Of a DNA stretch of 64,000 bases, positions 1 to 7,237 are shown piece after piece. The translations under genes were made by a program, and so were the position numbers. Below the pieces are notes generated by a model. That model was not told the origin of the DNA. It did no database searches and was given only the letters and a program-made list of their open reading frames with translations. Each line of letters starts with the position of its first letter. The stretch's first letter is position 1. This stretch comes from a virus (taxonomy: Duplodnaviria > Heunggongvirae > Uroviricota > Caudoviricetes): the IMG/VR virus record IMGVR_UViG_3300017963_000216, positions 33,863 to 97,862 of that record; one strand, written 5' to 3'.

Positions 1-101
1 CTTATGTACTCTTTGTCAATGTCGGTAACCATAGCGATGCTGGAAAGCATGCAGTCGAACTGACTTTCTCCCAGCACCAGTTGCATGTCGAATGGTTTCA
101 T
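1..101 (-). CDS. hypothetical protein, partial (C-terminus beyond window start)
   Basis: Minus-strand ATG at ~101 reads MKPFDMQLVLGESQFDCMLSSIAMVTDIDKEYI... with no stop before the window edge. Its ATG overlaps the stop of the upstream micro-ORF (ATGA). Confidence 0.3.
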   Translation of the reverse strand, partial: MKPFDMQLVLGESQFDCMLSSIAMVTDIDKEYI

Positions 102-196
102 TTGTTGCGCTCCGCGTACAATGCCATGATGACGAACCCACAGAAGATGATCAGACAGAACAGTCGAGCTGTTGCGGCGAGGGCATGTGGATTCAT
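98..196 (-). CDS. hypothetical 32-aa hydrophobic micro-protein
   Basis: MNPHALAATARLFCLIIFCGFVIMALYAERNK. ATGA-coupled to both neighbours; single predicted TM segment. Confidence 0.2.
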   Translation of the reverse strand: MNPHALAATARLFCLIIFCGFVIMALYAERNK

Positions 197-792
197 TCTG
201 GCATGCTCACATTCATCATGTGCAGAGAGTTGATGGTGCTCTTGAACTCTCGGTCGTCGATCATGGTGGCAGAGTTCCACGGGCGGGGGACGAGCACTCC
301 CATACCACCAGCTTCGTAAAAGTCCAGACAATTCTTGTCGCGGTCGTCGACCAGAATACGGTCGGGCCCGGCCAGAAGGTGCTTACTGGTGCCGATGAAC
401 AGGTGCTTCGGGTTGAAGCCGGGGAGCATGTTCTTCACCCAGATAGACTTTCCCGCCGCCGCTTCAGGTGTAAGCCCGCTGGTGCAGACAAAGATGTTAT
501 CCACACCGAAGCCCCACCTCAACTTGTTCCAGAAGCTCAAGGCTCCTGGCCAATAGTCGAGGTTGGCCCAGAAGTCGATCAAGTCGAAGTGTTGCCAGAA
601 CTGTTTGTCGCTCATCGGACGCAGGTAACTTGTTTTCTTCGCCAGGATGTTGCGTGCTTTCACGATGTTCCATCCAGCCCGCACAGGATATTCAGAGTTC
701 TGGTAGCCGATGACTCCGGTCTTGTGCATGGCTGCTGTTACGAAGTCCACCATAACGCCGTCAAGGTCCAGAATGAGTTTCTTAATTCGCAT
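193..792 (-). CDS. HAD-superfamily hydrolase, 5'(3')-deoxyribonucleotidase-like
   Basis: MRIKKLILDLDGVMVDF matches HAD motif I (DxDGV). Start trimmed to the internal ATG at 792, which sits right after the upstream stop. Confidence 0.6.
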   Translation of the reverse strand: MRIKKLILDLDGVMVDFVTAAMHKTGVIGYQNSEYPVRAGWNIVKARNILAKKTSYLRPMSDKQFWQHFDLIDFWANLDYWPGALSFWNKLRWGFGVDNIFVCTSGLTPEAAAGKSIWVKNMLPGFNPKHLFIGTSKHLLAGPDRILVDDRDKNCLDFYEAGGMGVLVPRPWNSATMIDDREFKSTINSLHMMNVSMPE

Positions 793-1270
793 AGTCGTCA
801 AACAGCTCCTGCATAATAATGTCAACATTGTAGTCATTGTACTTGGGCTTCCAGTAGTCTTCCCAGTTTGGCGGGGCGAACAGCTTGTTGTACTCTTCGT
901 CCGACCACCCGACGATGATCCAGATGCCCACACCATGGTCTCGCCACAGAGGCCACTTGACGATCTGTGCTTTAGTGAATTCGTATTTCCCTGCGTGCTT
1001 CAGGTCCACCCACCGGGTGCCGTGGACGGGGTGCATGCAATAGATGTCCGGGATGCCCATCTGTAGCTGGTTCCCAATCATCCGCTCCACACGCCAGCCG
1101 CGCATCTCCAGGTACTTGATGAACTTGGCCTGGATCTTGTGCTCGGGGCCGTGCTTGCTCTTGAACTTCTTAGGTTCCACGCGGAGTGTCTCCGTCGATG
1201 ACTTGGTTGAGCAGTCGCAGGTCGCGGGTGAGGCGATCACGCTTACGCAAAGCGACTGCAAGAGGTTCAC
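782..1270 (-). CDS. VRR-NUC domain nuclease (PD-(D/E)xK-like)
   Basis: KIQAKFIKYLEMRGWRVERM...GIPDIYCMHPVHGTRWVDLKHAGKYEFTKAQI matches the VRR-NUC signature (E..Q, PD, (D/E)xK). The true start is probably downstream of 1270. Confidence 0.5.
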   Translation of the reverse strand: MNLLQSLCVSVIASPATCDCSTKSSTETLRVEPKKFKSKHGPEHKIQAKFIKYLEMRGWRVERMIGNQLQMGIPDIYCMHPVHGTRWVDLKHAGKYEFTKAQIVKWPLWRDHGVGIWIIVGWSDEEYNKLFAPPNWEDYWKPKYNDYNVDIIMQELFDDYAN

Positions 1271-1394
1271 GTCCGTGTACCAGTACGACCCGCATGGCCT
1301 CGTAGAGTTGGTCCGACTCGATCATGCGCCCTTGCATGACAAGCCGCAGCTTGTGGTCGAACACGTCCAGTGCTTGCTCGTAGGTCATTGTCAT
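1170..1394 (-). CDS. hypothetical protein
   Basis: 74-aa ORF; its start overlaps the stop of the upstream small ORF (ATGA). Confidence 0.4.
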   Translation of the reverse strand: MTMTYEQALDVFDHKLRLVMQGRMIESDQLYEAMRVVLVHGREPLAVALRKRDRLTRDLRLLNQVIDGDTPRGT

Positions 1395-1537
1395 ATCGTG
1401 TCCACCTTGATTACGGGGCCGTCGTCGCCGGGTATGATCGTGAACTCTTCCTGCACGCCGTTGACGAGCAAGGTGACCGACCGGGCGTCACTGTACTCGG
1501 ACAGAACCTGTTCCATTTCCCAAATCTCTACGCTCAT
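1391..1537 (-). CDS. hypothetical small protein (48 aa)
   Basis: MSVEIWEMEQVLSEYSDARSVTLLVNGVQEEFTIIPGDDGPVIKVDTI. Not in the ORF track because it is under 60 aa; fills the gap in the operon. Confidence 0.25.
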   Translation of the reverse strand: MSVEIWEMEQVLSEYSDARSVTLLVNGVQEEFTIIPGDDGPVIKVDTI

Positions 1538-1549
1538 GAGGGGTCCTTT

Positions 1550-1936
1550 CTAACGTGGGGCGGCCAGGAACCAATCCTTAGCCATCTTGTATATCATGTA
1601 CTTGTGGGCGTGCCTCAGGTCTTTGCCGGTCGGCACGCTCCGGTATGCTGCGCCATAGAGGCACATCAGCCGCCCATCCTCGGCAACGTAGCTCAGGTAC
1701 GGGCGACCGCTACGGGTGTAGCAGGTGGCTGTCAGGCTCGTGTGCACGCACAGCTTGGCCACCGGTTCGCCTTCCTCGTAGTTGAAGAAGATGAACTGAC
1801 GAAGCGACTGGTACTCTTCTCCGTTCTGGCTGGAGACGAGCCACACATCGTTCTGTACAATCAGGTCGAACTCACGCACCTCCACCACGTCTGGGTTGAC
1901 GTCGGCGAGGCAAACTAGGAGTATGAAGGTCGTCAT
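1550..1936 (-). CDS. hypothetical protein with N-terminal hydrophobic/signal-like segment
   Basis: Internal start MTTFILLVCLADVN at 1936 is ATGA-coupled to the stop of the Cys-rich ORF. The upstream part of the track ORF is Arg-rich out-of-frame-like sequence. Confidence 0.45.
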   Translation of the reverse strand: MTTFILLVCLADVNPDVVEVREFDLIVQNDVWLVSSQNGEEYQSLRQFIFFNYEEGEPVAKLCVHTSLTATCYTRSGRPYLSYVAEDGRLMCLYGAAYRSVPTGKDLRHAHKYMIYKMAKDWFLAAPR

Positions 1937-2190
1937 TCTTTGTGCCTTAGCTGGTCGCACCAGCAGTAGTCGCAGATGATCGTGCCGTCTACGACGTTCT
2001 CGTTCCCAGGGCAGCCACCACGGGTGCCGCCACAGACTTCGCAGCCGCACTCAAGGTCGATCAGAAGCCTCAGCTCCTCGAAATCGTCATGAGTCAGCAA
2101 GCCCAACGACGTCATCTGGTACACCATGATGCTGGCTTGCGGCGGCTTGGCACAGGCCACCTGCTCAATGGCGGTCAAGTAATCGTTCAC
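1933..2190 (-). CDS. Cys-rich small protein (candidate RiPP precursor or small metal-binding protein)
   Basis: GTG start at 2190 overlaps the radical SAM stop (GTGA) and is preceded by GAGGAA. The acidic N-half (DDFEELRLLIDLE) is followed by CGCEVCGGTRGGCPGNENVVDGTIICDYCWC. Confidence 0.45.
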   Translation of the reverse strand: MNDYLTAIEQVACAKPPQASIMVYQMTSLGLLTHDDFEELRLLIDLECGCEVCGGTRGGCPGNENVVDGTIICDYCWCDQLRHKE

Positions 2191-3173
2191 TTGCGTTTCC
2201 TCGCGAAGCAATCAACACACTTGTTGTTGTGCTGCACACATACGTCCAGGCAGTTCTTTCGGCAGATCGGGTCCGCGTGTGTGTTGTGCCTGACCATCCA
2301 CCTGACTCGATCTTTGCGCATGTCAGGGCCAACCTCACCAATCGGCTCGCCCTGCTCCCGCATGTAGATCACGCAAGGGAAGTGGTACTTGCCACAGACG
2401 ACCGAGTCGTCGACAACGATGGAGCAGGTGGACGTGTCCGTTTGCTTGATGCCACGAACCGCCTTACCCGCCAGCAGGTTCGCCACACGGTAAGCGAGGA
2501 TCGGGTGCTTGTCCAGGGTGTGCTGCGGGATCGCCTCCACGCCCTCGATCATGTTGCCTTCCTGTGCTGCCGGGATGATCCGGATGTCAGCCACACCAAG
2601 CTCAGACGCCGTCGCCACGATACCTGCGAGGTCGTCCTTGTTGTCGTCGGTCAGGACGACACCCACGGTGACGTAGGTCAGCTCGGACAGTTGGCGGATG
2701 TTCTCGGTGATCCGTTCGTACTTGCGGATGCGGGACTCGTTAGTGCCAGACATCGTCTCGCAGTCCTCAGCACAGCACGCGTCGAACGAGATGCTAAAGT
2801 CGTTGACACCAGCGTCGATCAGGGATCGGTAGCGGTCGTACGGGAACGAGCCGTTGGTGCTTATAGCAATCCGCTCCACACCCTGAGCCTTCGCACGACA
2901 GCAGAGCTGGTGCAGGTGAGGGTAGAGCAGCGGCTCGCCGCCAGAGAAGCGGATGTTCTTCAGGCCCTGTGCGCACCACTGGTCCAGCACTTCGATAGCA
3001 CGGGTGACCGGCATATCGCCTTGGCAGTCGTCACGCAGGCCACGGCAGTACGGGCACTTGAAGTTGCAACGCTCGGTCAGGATCATCTCGCAACGCCACA
3101 TTGGGCTTTTGATGCTGAGGCTCTCCGTTCGAGAGTCTTCCAGGGTGTAGAAGCCGATGTCTTCGAGTTTCAT
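2187..3173 (-). CDS. radical SAM enzyme (MoaA/PqqE-like core with extra C-terminal Cys cluster, SPASM/twitch-like)
   Basis: CNFKCPYC (CxxxCxxC), NIRFSGGEPLL, AISTNG and a C-terminal CRKNCLDVCVQHNNKCVDC cluster. Start set at the internal ATG (MKLEDIG) at 3173, adjacent to the upstream stop. Confidence 0.75.
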   Translation of the reverse strand: MKLEDIGFYTLEDSRTESLSIKSPMWRCEMILTERCNFKCPYCRGLRDDCQGDMPVTRAIEVLDQWCAQGLKNIRFSGGEPLLYPHLHQLCCRAKAQGVERIAISTNGSFPYDRYRSLIDAGVNDFSISFDACCAEDCETMSGTNESRIRKYERITENIRQLSELTYVTVGVVLTDDNKDDLAGIVATASELGVADIRIIPAAQEGNMIEGVEAIPQHTLDKHPILAYRVANLLAGKAVRGIKQTDTSTCSIVVDDSVVCGKYHFPCVIYMREQGEPIGEVGPDMRKDRVRWMVRHNTHADPICRKNCLDVCVQHNNKCVDCFARKRK

Positions 3174-3430
3174 GTCTTTGTAATTCCCAGGCTGTCGGTG
3201 ATTGTTTTCCAGAGCGGACGTCGCAGCCGCTGTTGCAGCAGGGCTTCCTCTTCCATCATGTCCCAGATCTCTTCGAGCGTGTTGGCTGATTGGAACCAGC
3301 TGTCGCAAGCAGGGCCGTTGACGTAGATGCGTGACTTGAACTCCTCACCGTTTTTGAGCCGCGACATCGCCGTCACGTGGCTAGTGTTGACGATGAAGAA
3401 CCCAGTAATTGTCTTCAGTTTGATCATCAT
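3170..3430 (-). CDS. hypothetical protein
   Basis: 86-aa ORF, tightly packed in the operon. Confidence 0.45.
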   Translation of the reverse strand: MMIKLKTITGFFIVNTSHVTAMSRLKNGEEFKSRIYVNGPACDSWFQSANTLEEIWDMMEEEALLQQRLRRPLWKTITDSLGITKT

Positions 3431-3657
3431 CAGTTGCTCTCCCGGATGAAGTGTTTCAGTTCGTCAGTGACGTCGATGATCCTGTCGGCCCAGTGCAGGG
3501 CGCGGTCGACGTCGTTGTCGAACAACGCCTCTCGCAGTTCGTCGATAAGGCTGTCGTGAGTGATCGTGCTCACACCAAGACGGTAGAACAGATCGGTTAC
3601 GTTCTTTGAAGGTGTCCCAATCCGGCACGTCCTCAACCAATTCTTTGATGGGCTCAT
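3430..3657 (-). CDS. hypothetical protein
   Basis: ORF with the start overlapping the upstream stop (TGATG); acidic C-terminal half. Confidence 0.4.
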   Translation of the reverse strand: MSPSKNWLRTCRIGTPSKNVTDLFYRLGVSTITHDSLIDELREALFDNDVDRALHWADRIIDVTDELKHFIRESN

Positions 3658-3875
3658 CAGCACTTACTCCTGTACTTCTCCGTGATGCGTTCGAGTTCCT
3701 CGAAGAACTCTGACTTCGCGTCGCTCCTTCGGTCACTAGACTCTGTCCAGTCCCTGACCACGTTGTGCTTGGCTTCCTTCGTTTCACGCAGTTCCTGTGC
3801 GTTTACTATGGCAAGCACCGTCGCGACGAATGCCCACGCCGAAACCACTACAGCTATTAGTGTTGGTACCGTCAT
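3657..3875 (-). CDS. small membrane protein (N-terminal TM, charged C-terminus)
   Basis: MTVPTLIAVVVSAWAFVATVLAIVNA followed by a KE-rich tail. Confidence 0.45.
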   Translation of the reverse strand: MTVPTLIAVVVSAWAFVATVLAIVNAQELRETKEAKHNVVRDWTESSDRRSDAKSEFFEELERITEKYRSKC

Positions 3876-4228
3876 TTGACTCCCAGGGTTTTGTACTTCG
3901 TCTGGTCGACGTAGGGGTTGATGATCAGCTGGTAGTAGCCGCCGTAGTACCGAGTGGGTGCATAGCTGGAGCTGGAGCTACGGTACGCTCCCGACCGGTA
4001 GGACTTCTTAGGTCCATCAAAGATCGGGTTGTGCGGCGGCACGTTGGACCCGGTAAGTCCGCGTGTTACTGTAGGCCTTGGAGTCAAGTCCACATAGTAG
4101 CTGACAATCGGCCCAGAACGGATCTGCGAGTAGCGAGTCGATGTATACCTGCGAGTCTGAGCGGAAGTCTCCGCACAGACTACGGCAAGCACGATGGTAC
4201 AGGCGACGAAGATGCTTAGCCATTTCAT
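3872..4228 (-). CDS. secreted Tyr/Ser/Arg-rich low-complexity protein
   Basis: Signal-peptide-like MKWLSIFVACTIVLAVVCAETSAQ; Y/S/R-rich mature region; ATGA coupling at both ends. Confidence 0.5.
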   Translation of the reverse strand: MKWLSIFVACTIVLAVVCAETSAQTRRYTSTRYSQIRSGPIVSYYVDLTPRPTVTRGLTGSNVPPHNPIFDGPKKSYRSGAYRSSSSSYAPTRYYGGYYQLIINPYVDQTKYKTLGVK

Positions 4229-4434
4229 TCACTCACCTCCACGACGCCGCTGACGTCGATGGGCTTCAACACGTTCGCCACCTGGGCGAGGGTGTTGACG
4301 AGTTCTTCGGTGGCACACTTCAGGATGGCTTGGTAGCCCATCTCTGTGCGCTGCGTGGCGAGAGCTACGAGCTGACCACGAGTAAGCGTGCTCAGGTGCT
4401 TCCGCGTCTTCTTCAGTTTCTTCGCGTCCGACAT
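4225..4434 (-). CDS. hypothetical protein
   Basis: 69-aa ORF, first gene downstream of the predicted promoter at 4482-4509; GGAGA RBS. Confidence 0.45.
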   Translation of the reverse strand: MSDAKKLKKTRKHLSTLTRGQLVALATQRTEMGYQAILKCATEELVNTLAQVANVLKPIDVSGVVEVSE

Positions 4435-4481
4435 GACGGTCTCCAGAAAGGGTTAGTGAATCAGTTGTTTTGTCTACTTAA

Positions 4482-4509
4482 AGCTTACCGCGCGGAACTC
4501 AGTTGTCAA
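4482..4509 (-). promoter_or_regulatory. sigma70-like promoter (TTGACA-N16-TAAGCT) with conserved TTAAGTAG start-region box
   Basis: Minus-strand read: TTGACAactgagttccgcgcggTAAGCTttaagtagacaaaac. The same architecture recurs at 8558-8585 and 15063-15091. Confidence 0.35.
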
Positions 4510-4643
4510 ATAGAATTGACCAAATAAATCAGAGCGGACACTGCGACGGTGGCGGCAGCCACGCACAGCACCGAAGCACAGATGCCGACAATGAGGCACA
4601 GAGTGTTGAATGCTCGGTCGTTGTTGGATTGGCGGCTGCACAT
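4506..4643 (-). CDS. possible small membrane protein
   Basis: Internal ATG gives MCSRQSNNDRAFNTLCLIVGICASVLCVAAATVAVSALIYLVNSI; weak call that overlaps the promoter region. Confidence 0.2.
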   Translation of the reverse strand: MCSRQSNNDRAFNTLCLIVGICASVLCVAAATVAVSALIYLVNSI

Positions 4644-4719
4644 TTCTCTTGTCTCCGTTTCAAATGGCGGTAACGTGGGGTGGATGAACCTCGGTGGGTC
4701 GGTGCCTTCTGGGTAGAAT

Positions 4720-5148
4720 CTACCGTGCATCGGGGTTCTCCTCGGCTCGCTGCTTAAATCGTTCGAGACGTTCCAGCTCTGCTGGCTGATAGAGCAGGTT
4801 GGTGATCCTGGCCTGCTGGTAGCTGACCGGGACGAAGCTCAGCTCTCCGAGGCCGTGAGTGCCCTGAGGACGCCACTGGAGCCTGATGCCTTCATCACCA
4901 CGGGCGTTCACCTCCAAGGTCACCCCTTGGTGGGAGATCACAACCCGGTCGTCAGGCACGTAGCTCTTCACGCCAGCAACATAGTCCTCCACCCACACCT
5001 TGGTAGGTGTCTGGGTGTCGAGGAAGCGGTCGAGCCGTCGCCGGGTGTTCCGTACGTCACGCTCCAAGTCGTTGATGTGGTCCTGTGCCCACACCGGCAG
5101 TTTGGATACCCGCTCGTCGAGTGTCAGCTTCTTAAATGACTTCTTCAT
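4720..5148 (-). CDS. hypothetical protein
   Basis: 142-aa ORF. Confidence 0.5.
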   Translation of the reverse strand: MKKSFKKLTLDERVSKLPVWAQDHINDLERDVRNTRRRLDRFLDTQTPTKVWVEDYVAGVKSYVPDDRVVISHQGVTLEVNARGDEGIRLQWRPQGTHGLGELSFVPVSYQQARITNLLYQPAELERLERFKQRAEENPDAR

Positions 5149-5444
5149 TTGTAATCCCTCGGCGGCTCTTTGCCATACTTGGCCTCGAAGTCCCGCTTCT
5201 GCTGGCGGATGTCAGCGTCCCTCTGCTCGCACCTAGCAGCATGCAGAAGCAGGTCGACCTTGAACAGGTTCAACGTGGTCTGCGGTGCTCGGGCACGGTG
5301 TGGGCCCTCTGTGAAGAACTGGCCGTCCAGTCCCTCGAAGAGGGCGTGGGCAACCCCTTGCGGGATCGAGTTGTCGCACGTGTCCTTAACGACGAACGAG
5401 ATGCGAGTACCTGCCGAGTCCGGGTCGTATTCCATGTAGATCAT
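5145..5444 (-). CDS. hypothetical protein
   Basis: 99-aa ORF, ATGA-coupled. Confidence 0.5.
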   Translation of the reverse strand: MIYMEYDPDSAGTRISFVVKDTCDNSIPQGVAHALFEGLDGQFFTEGPHRARAPQTTLNLFKVDLLLHAARCEQRDADIRQQKRDFEAKYGKEPPRDYK

Positions 5445-5818
5445 TTGACCGCGCCCTTCGCCATCTCGATGACTTGCAGCACGGCGTAGTAGTCCGGGCA
5501 GCTGGAGATGCTGATGATGCTGGACAGATTGATGCCGACGATGATCAAGGATATGATCGCGAGAGCGGAAGGGACGACGGCGGCGACCAGCATGAAGCCT
5601 TCCATGTCGCGGTCCATCATGTAGTCGTCGTCATGCTTGCAGTCTTTGTACCAGCACCGAATGGCCCAGACACTGGCCGGGATGGTCACGAGCAAGCCTA
5701 AGAGACCGAAGAGTAACCCCACCCACTTGTCGATGAGTAAGGCACGCACAGCTTGTTCGGACACGACTGGCAAGCCAGCCTTCACGGTCTCGATGAGTTC
5801 AAATACTTGTTCTTCCAC
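5441..5818 (-). CDS. membrane protein (2 predicted TM segments)
   Basis: GTG start at 5818 preceded by GGAGAGA. The longer track ORF runs through the tRNA-His gene and so is not real coding upstream of 5818. Confidence 0.45.
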   Translation of the reverse strand: MEEQVFELIETVKAGLPVVSEQAVRALLIDKWVGLLFGLLGLLVTIPASVWAIRCWYKDCKHDDDYMMDRDMEGFMLVAAVVPSALAIISLIIVGINLSSIISISSCPDYYAVLQVIEMAKGAVK

Positions 5819-5846
5819 GATTCTCTCCAGGGTTAAGGGTGTTTGG

Positions 5847-5920
5847 GGTGGCCGGTGGAACTCGCATCCACAACCTTCGGAATCACAATCCGACGCTCTA
5901 ACTAATTGAGCTACGACCAC
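5847..5920 (-). tRNA. tRNA-His (anticodon GTG)
   Basis: Hand-folded: acceptor GTGGTCG/CGGCCAC, D arm GCTC-AATTAGTTA-GAGC, anticodon loop TTGTGAT, T arm GTGGA-TGCGAGT-TCCAC. Confidence 0.65.
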
Positions 5921-5922
5921 AG

Positions 5923-5995
5923 TACCCCGTGCGAGACTCGAACTCGCAACCTCCACCTTGAAAGGGTGGCGACATGGCCATTAGTCTAACGGGGC
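5923..5995 (-). tRNA. tRNA-Glu (anticodon TTC)
   Basis: Hand-folded: acceptor GCCCCGT/ACGGGGT (G1-U72), anticodon stem CCACC/GGTGG with loop CTTTCAA, T arm GCGAG-TTCGAGT-CTCGC. Confidence 0.6.
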
Positions 5996-6238
5996 ATACC
6001 CGTTCGCCTCGCTGGGCCGGGGTGAGGGTATTGGTCTACCACTTCGCCGCCCAAGCCCAGACGAGACTGCACCAACCAGAGGACCACGGGTCTAGAGTCC
6101 TCGGTGCATTTCAGTAAGTGATCGGCCAAGGAATTGCACCCCATGCCGTGGGCTCGCGCGAGCCCGCTTCCCCGCTAGTTACCCCTGGCAGGGGTTGGCA
6201 GCTTGTGTACTGCAAGCCGCGAGGAGAACCGATCAAGT
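5996..6238 (-). ncRNA. unassigned GC-rich structured segment between tRNAs
   Basis: Contains a D-loop-like AGTGGTAGA, perfect palindromes GGGCTCGCGCGAGCCC and GAGGAC..GTCCTC, and a GCTTG-CAGTACA-CAAGC hairpin. No canonical cloverleaf could be folded by hand. Confidence 0.2.
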
Positions 6239-6305
6239 TGCGGATGAAGGGATTGAACCTTCGAGTCCAGGCTTATGAGGCCCGGCTGAGCACCAGCCCA
6301 TCCGC
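6239..6305 (-). tRNA. tRNA-Met-like (anticodon CAT) with shortened D arm
   Basis: Acceptor GCGGATG/CATCCGC, anticodon stem CGGGC/GCCTG with loop CTCATAA, T arm GAAGG-TTCAATC-CCTTC. The D region is only about 13 nt. Confidence 0.4.
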
Positions 6306-6311
6306 AAGCGT

Positions 6312-6578
6312 TTAATATTCGTGCTGTTCGAGGGCCTCATGCATATCGTCGAGGACTTGGATGCGGCGAGCGTTCGCCACAGACAGCTCTAACTTGAGTC
6401 GTTCGCACTCTTTGTCGGACCTCATGCGCTCCTTCTTAGCTTCGTCCTTGAGGGCCGCTGCCTTGCGCCACCCTTGTAGGGCTCTCTCCAGCTCTCGGTT
6501 CATGTCACTATGGGCCCATGACAATAGCAGCAGTATGACGGTGGCTGCCAACGCCCAGCCCAGTATCAGATCGATCAT
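6312..6578 (-). CDS. membrane-anchored coiled-coil protein
   Basis: N-terminal TM (MIDLILGWALAATVILLLLSWA) followed by a charged helical region. Confidence 0.5.
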   Translation of the reverse strand: MIDLILGWALAATVILLLLSWAHSDMNRELERALQGWRKAAALKDEAKKERMRSDKECERLKLELSVANARRIQVLDDMHEALEQHEY

Positions 6579-6739
6579 TCGGCCAGCCGTTTCCTTTCTT
6601 TCTTCGCTCCGACGCCTTTCCCAAGGCGGAAGTCAAGAGCCTCAAGCTGCTCTTTGTTTGAGCGTTTCGCACGCTCCGTTGCGTTCTCTTCCATGAGGGC
6701 TTTCTTCTCTTCCTGTCTCTCGTGCCATTTACTTCGCAT
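6575..6739 (-). CDS. small basic protein (54 aa)
   Basis: Internal ATG at 6739 with GGAGA RBS: MRSKWHERQEEKKALMEENATERAKRSNKEQLEALDFRLGKGVGAKKERKRLAE. Confidence 0.4.
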   Translation of the reverse strand: MRSKWHERQEEKKALMEENATERAKRSNKEQLEALDFRLGKGVGAKKERKRLAE

Positions 6740-6762
6740 GACAGTCTCCAAGTGGTTAAGGG

Positions 6763-7005
6763 TTAAAGGGCGATATGGCCTTCCATAATGTCGTCGAACG
6801 TGGTCCGGATCAACATGATCTCGGTGATACCCAGCTTGTTGTCTCGGCAGATCTTGAGCACAGGTCCGCCGTAGATCAGGCAGTAGATCAGGGACTTGCA
6901 CGCGGCCCGAGGCAGGCTAGTATGGCTGGCGAGGCAGTCCCACACCAACGGGCCGATGTCGTTCCCTTCGTTCTTCGTCTTCTCTTCGCTCAGTACGTCA
7001 AGCAT
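6763..7005 (-). CDS. hypothetical protein
   Basis: 80-aa ORF with GGAGGTGA RBS. Confidence 0.45.
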   Translation of the reverse strand: MLDVLSEEKTKNEGNDIGPLVWDCLASHTSLPRAACKSLIYCLIYGGPVLKICRDNKLGITEIMLIRTTFDDIMEGHIAL

Positions 7006-7079
7006 CAGATGTTGTCACCTCCAGTTAGCCACGCCACCAGCAGCACGGCGATTATCAACAGTGGTAAAAGTAAGTTCAT
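7005..7079 (-). CDS. 24-aa hydrophobic micro-protein
   Basis: MNLLLPLLIIAVLLVAWLTGGDNI with GGAGAAG RBS; TGATG coupling to the downstream gene. Confidence 0.2.
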   Translation of the reverse strand: MNLLLPLLIIAVLLVAWLTGGDNI

Positions 7080-7095
7080 CGTCTTCTCCGTTGTG

Positions 7096-7189
7096 AAATC
7101 CCAGCTGCGGGGCTTGCAACCTACCCAATGGGGATCGAACCCTTCAGTTACAAGCAAGGACGTCACACCTGGACGTCCCAGAGTCCCCG
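7096..7189 (-). ncRNA. tRNA-like structured element (non-canonical)
   Basis: T-arm-like AAGGG-TTCGATC-CCCAT plus a 9-bp long-range pairing GCTGCGGGG/CCCCGCAGC and an internal GGACGTC-CAGGTGT-GACGTCC hairpin. No canonical D arm. Confidence 0.3.
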
Positions 7190-7237
7190 CAGCCAGGGTG
7201 GTGTTTCAATTGCAAAGATCTTGGAGGTCCTCAGCAC

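Noticed and set aside
172-816. Plus-strand ORF (214 aa) antisense to the HAD hydrolase gene; similar long plus-strand ORFs elsewhere (2229-3326, 18006-19001, 20164-20844, 21892-23010, 26759-27853 on minus, 41135-41782, 42207-42928, 48847-49761, 50943-52187, 56427-57302).
   Set aside because: They lie antisense to genes with strong motif support. Their translations are Arg/Pro/Ala/Gly-rich with the low-complexity signature of out-of-frame reading in GC-rich DNA, and they have no RBS or coupling to neighbours.
2187-3173. Considered calling the radical SAM protein a viperin-like (pVip), QueE or anaerobic RNR activase.
   Set aside because: Motif spacing (CNFKCPYC ... GGEPLL ... STNG) and ~330-aa length fit the MoaA/PqqE/SPASM branch better. 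Viperin's CNYKCGFC context and NrdG's small size do not match. This was left as a generic rSAM call with a SPASM/twitch-like C-terminus, pending profile search.
5819-5956. N-terminal extension of track ORF 5441..5956 (MEVASSSLARGTVVVAQLVRASDCDSEGCGCEF...).
   Set aside because: This stretch is the translation of the tRNA-His and tRNA-Glu genes. The real CDS more likely starts at the GTG at 5818, which has a GGAGAGA RBS.
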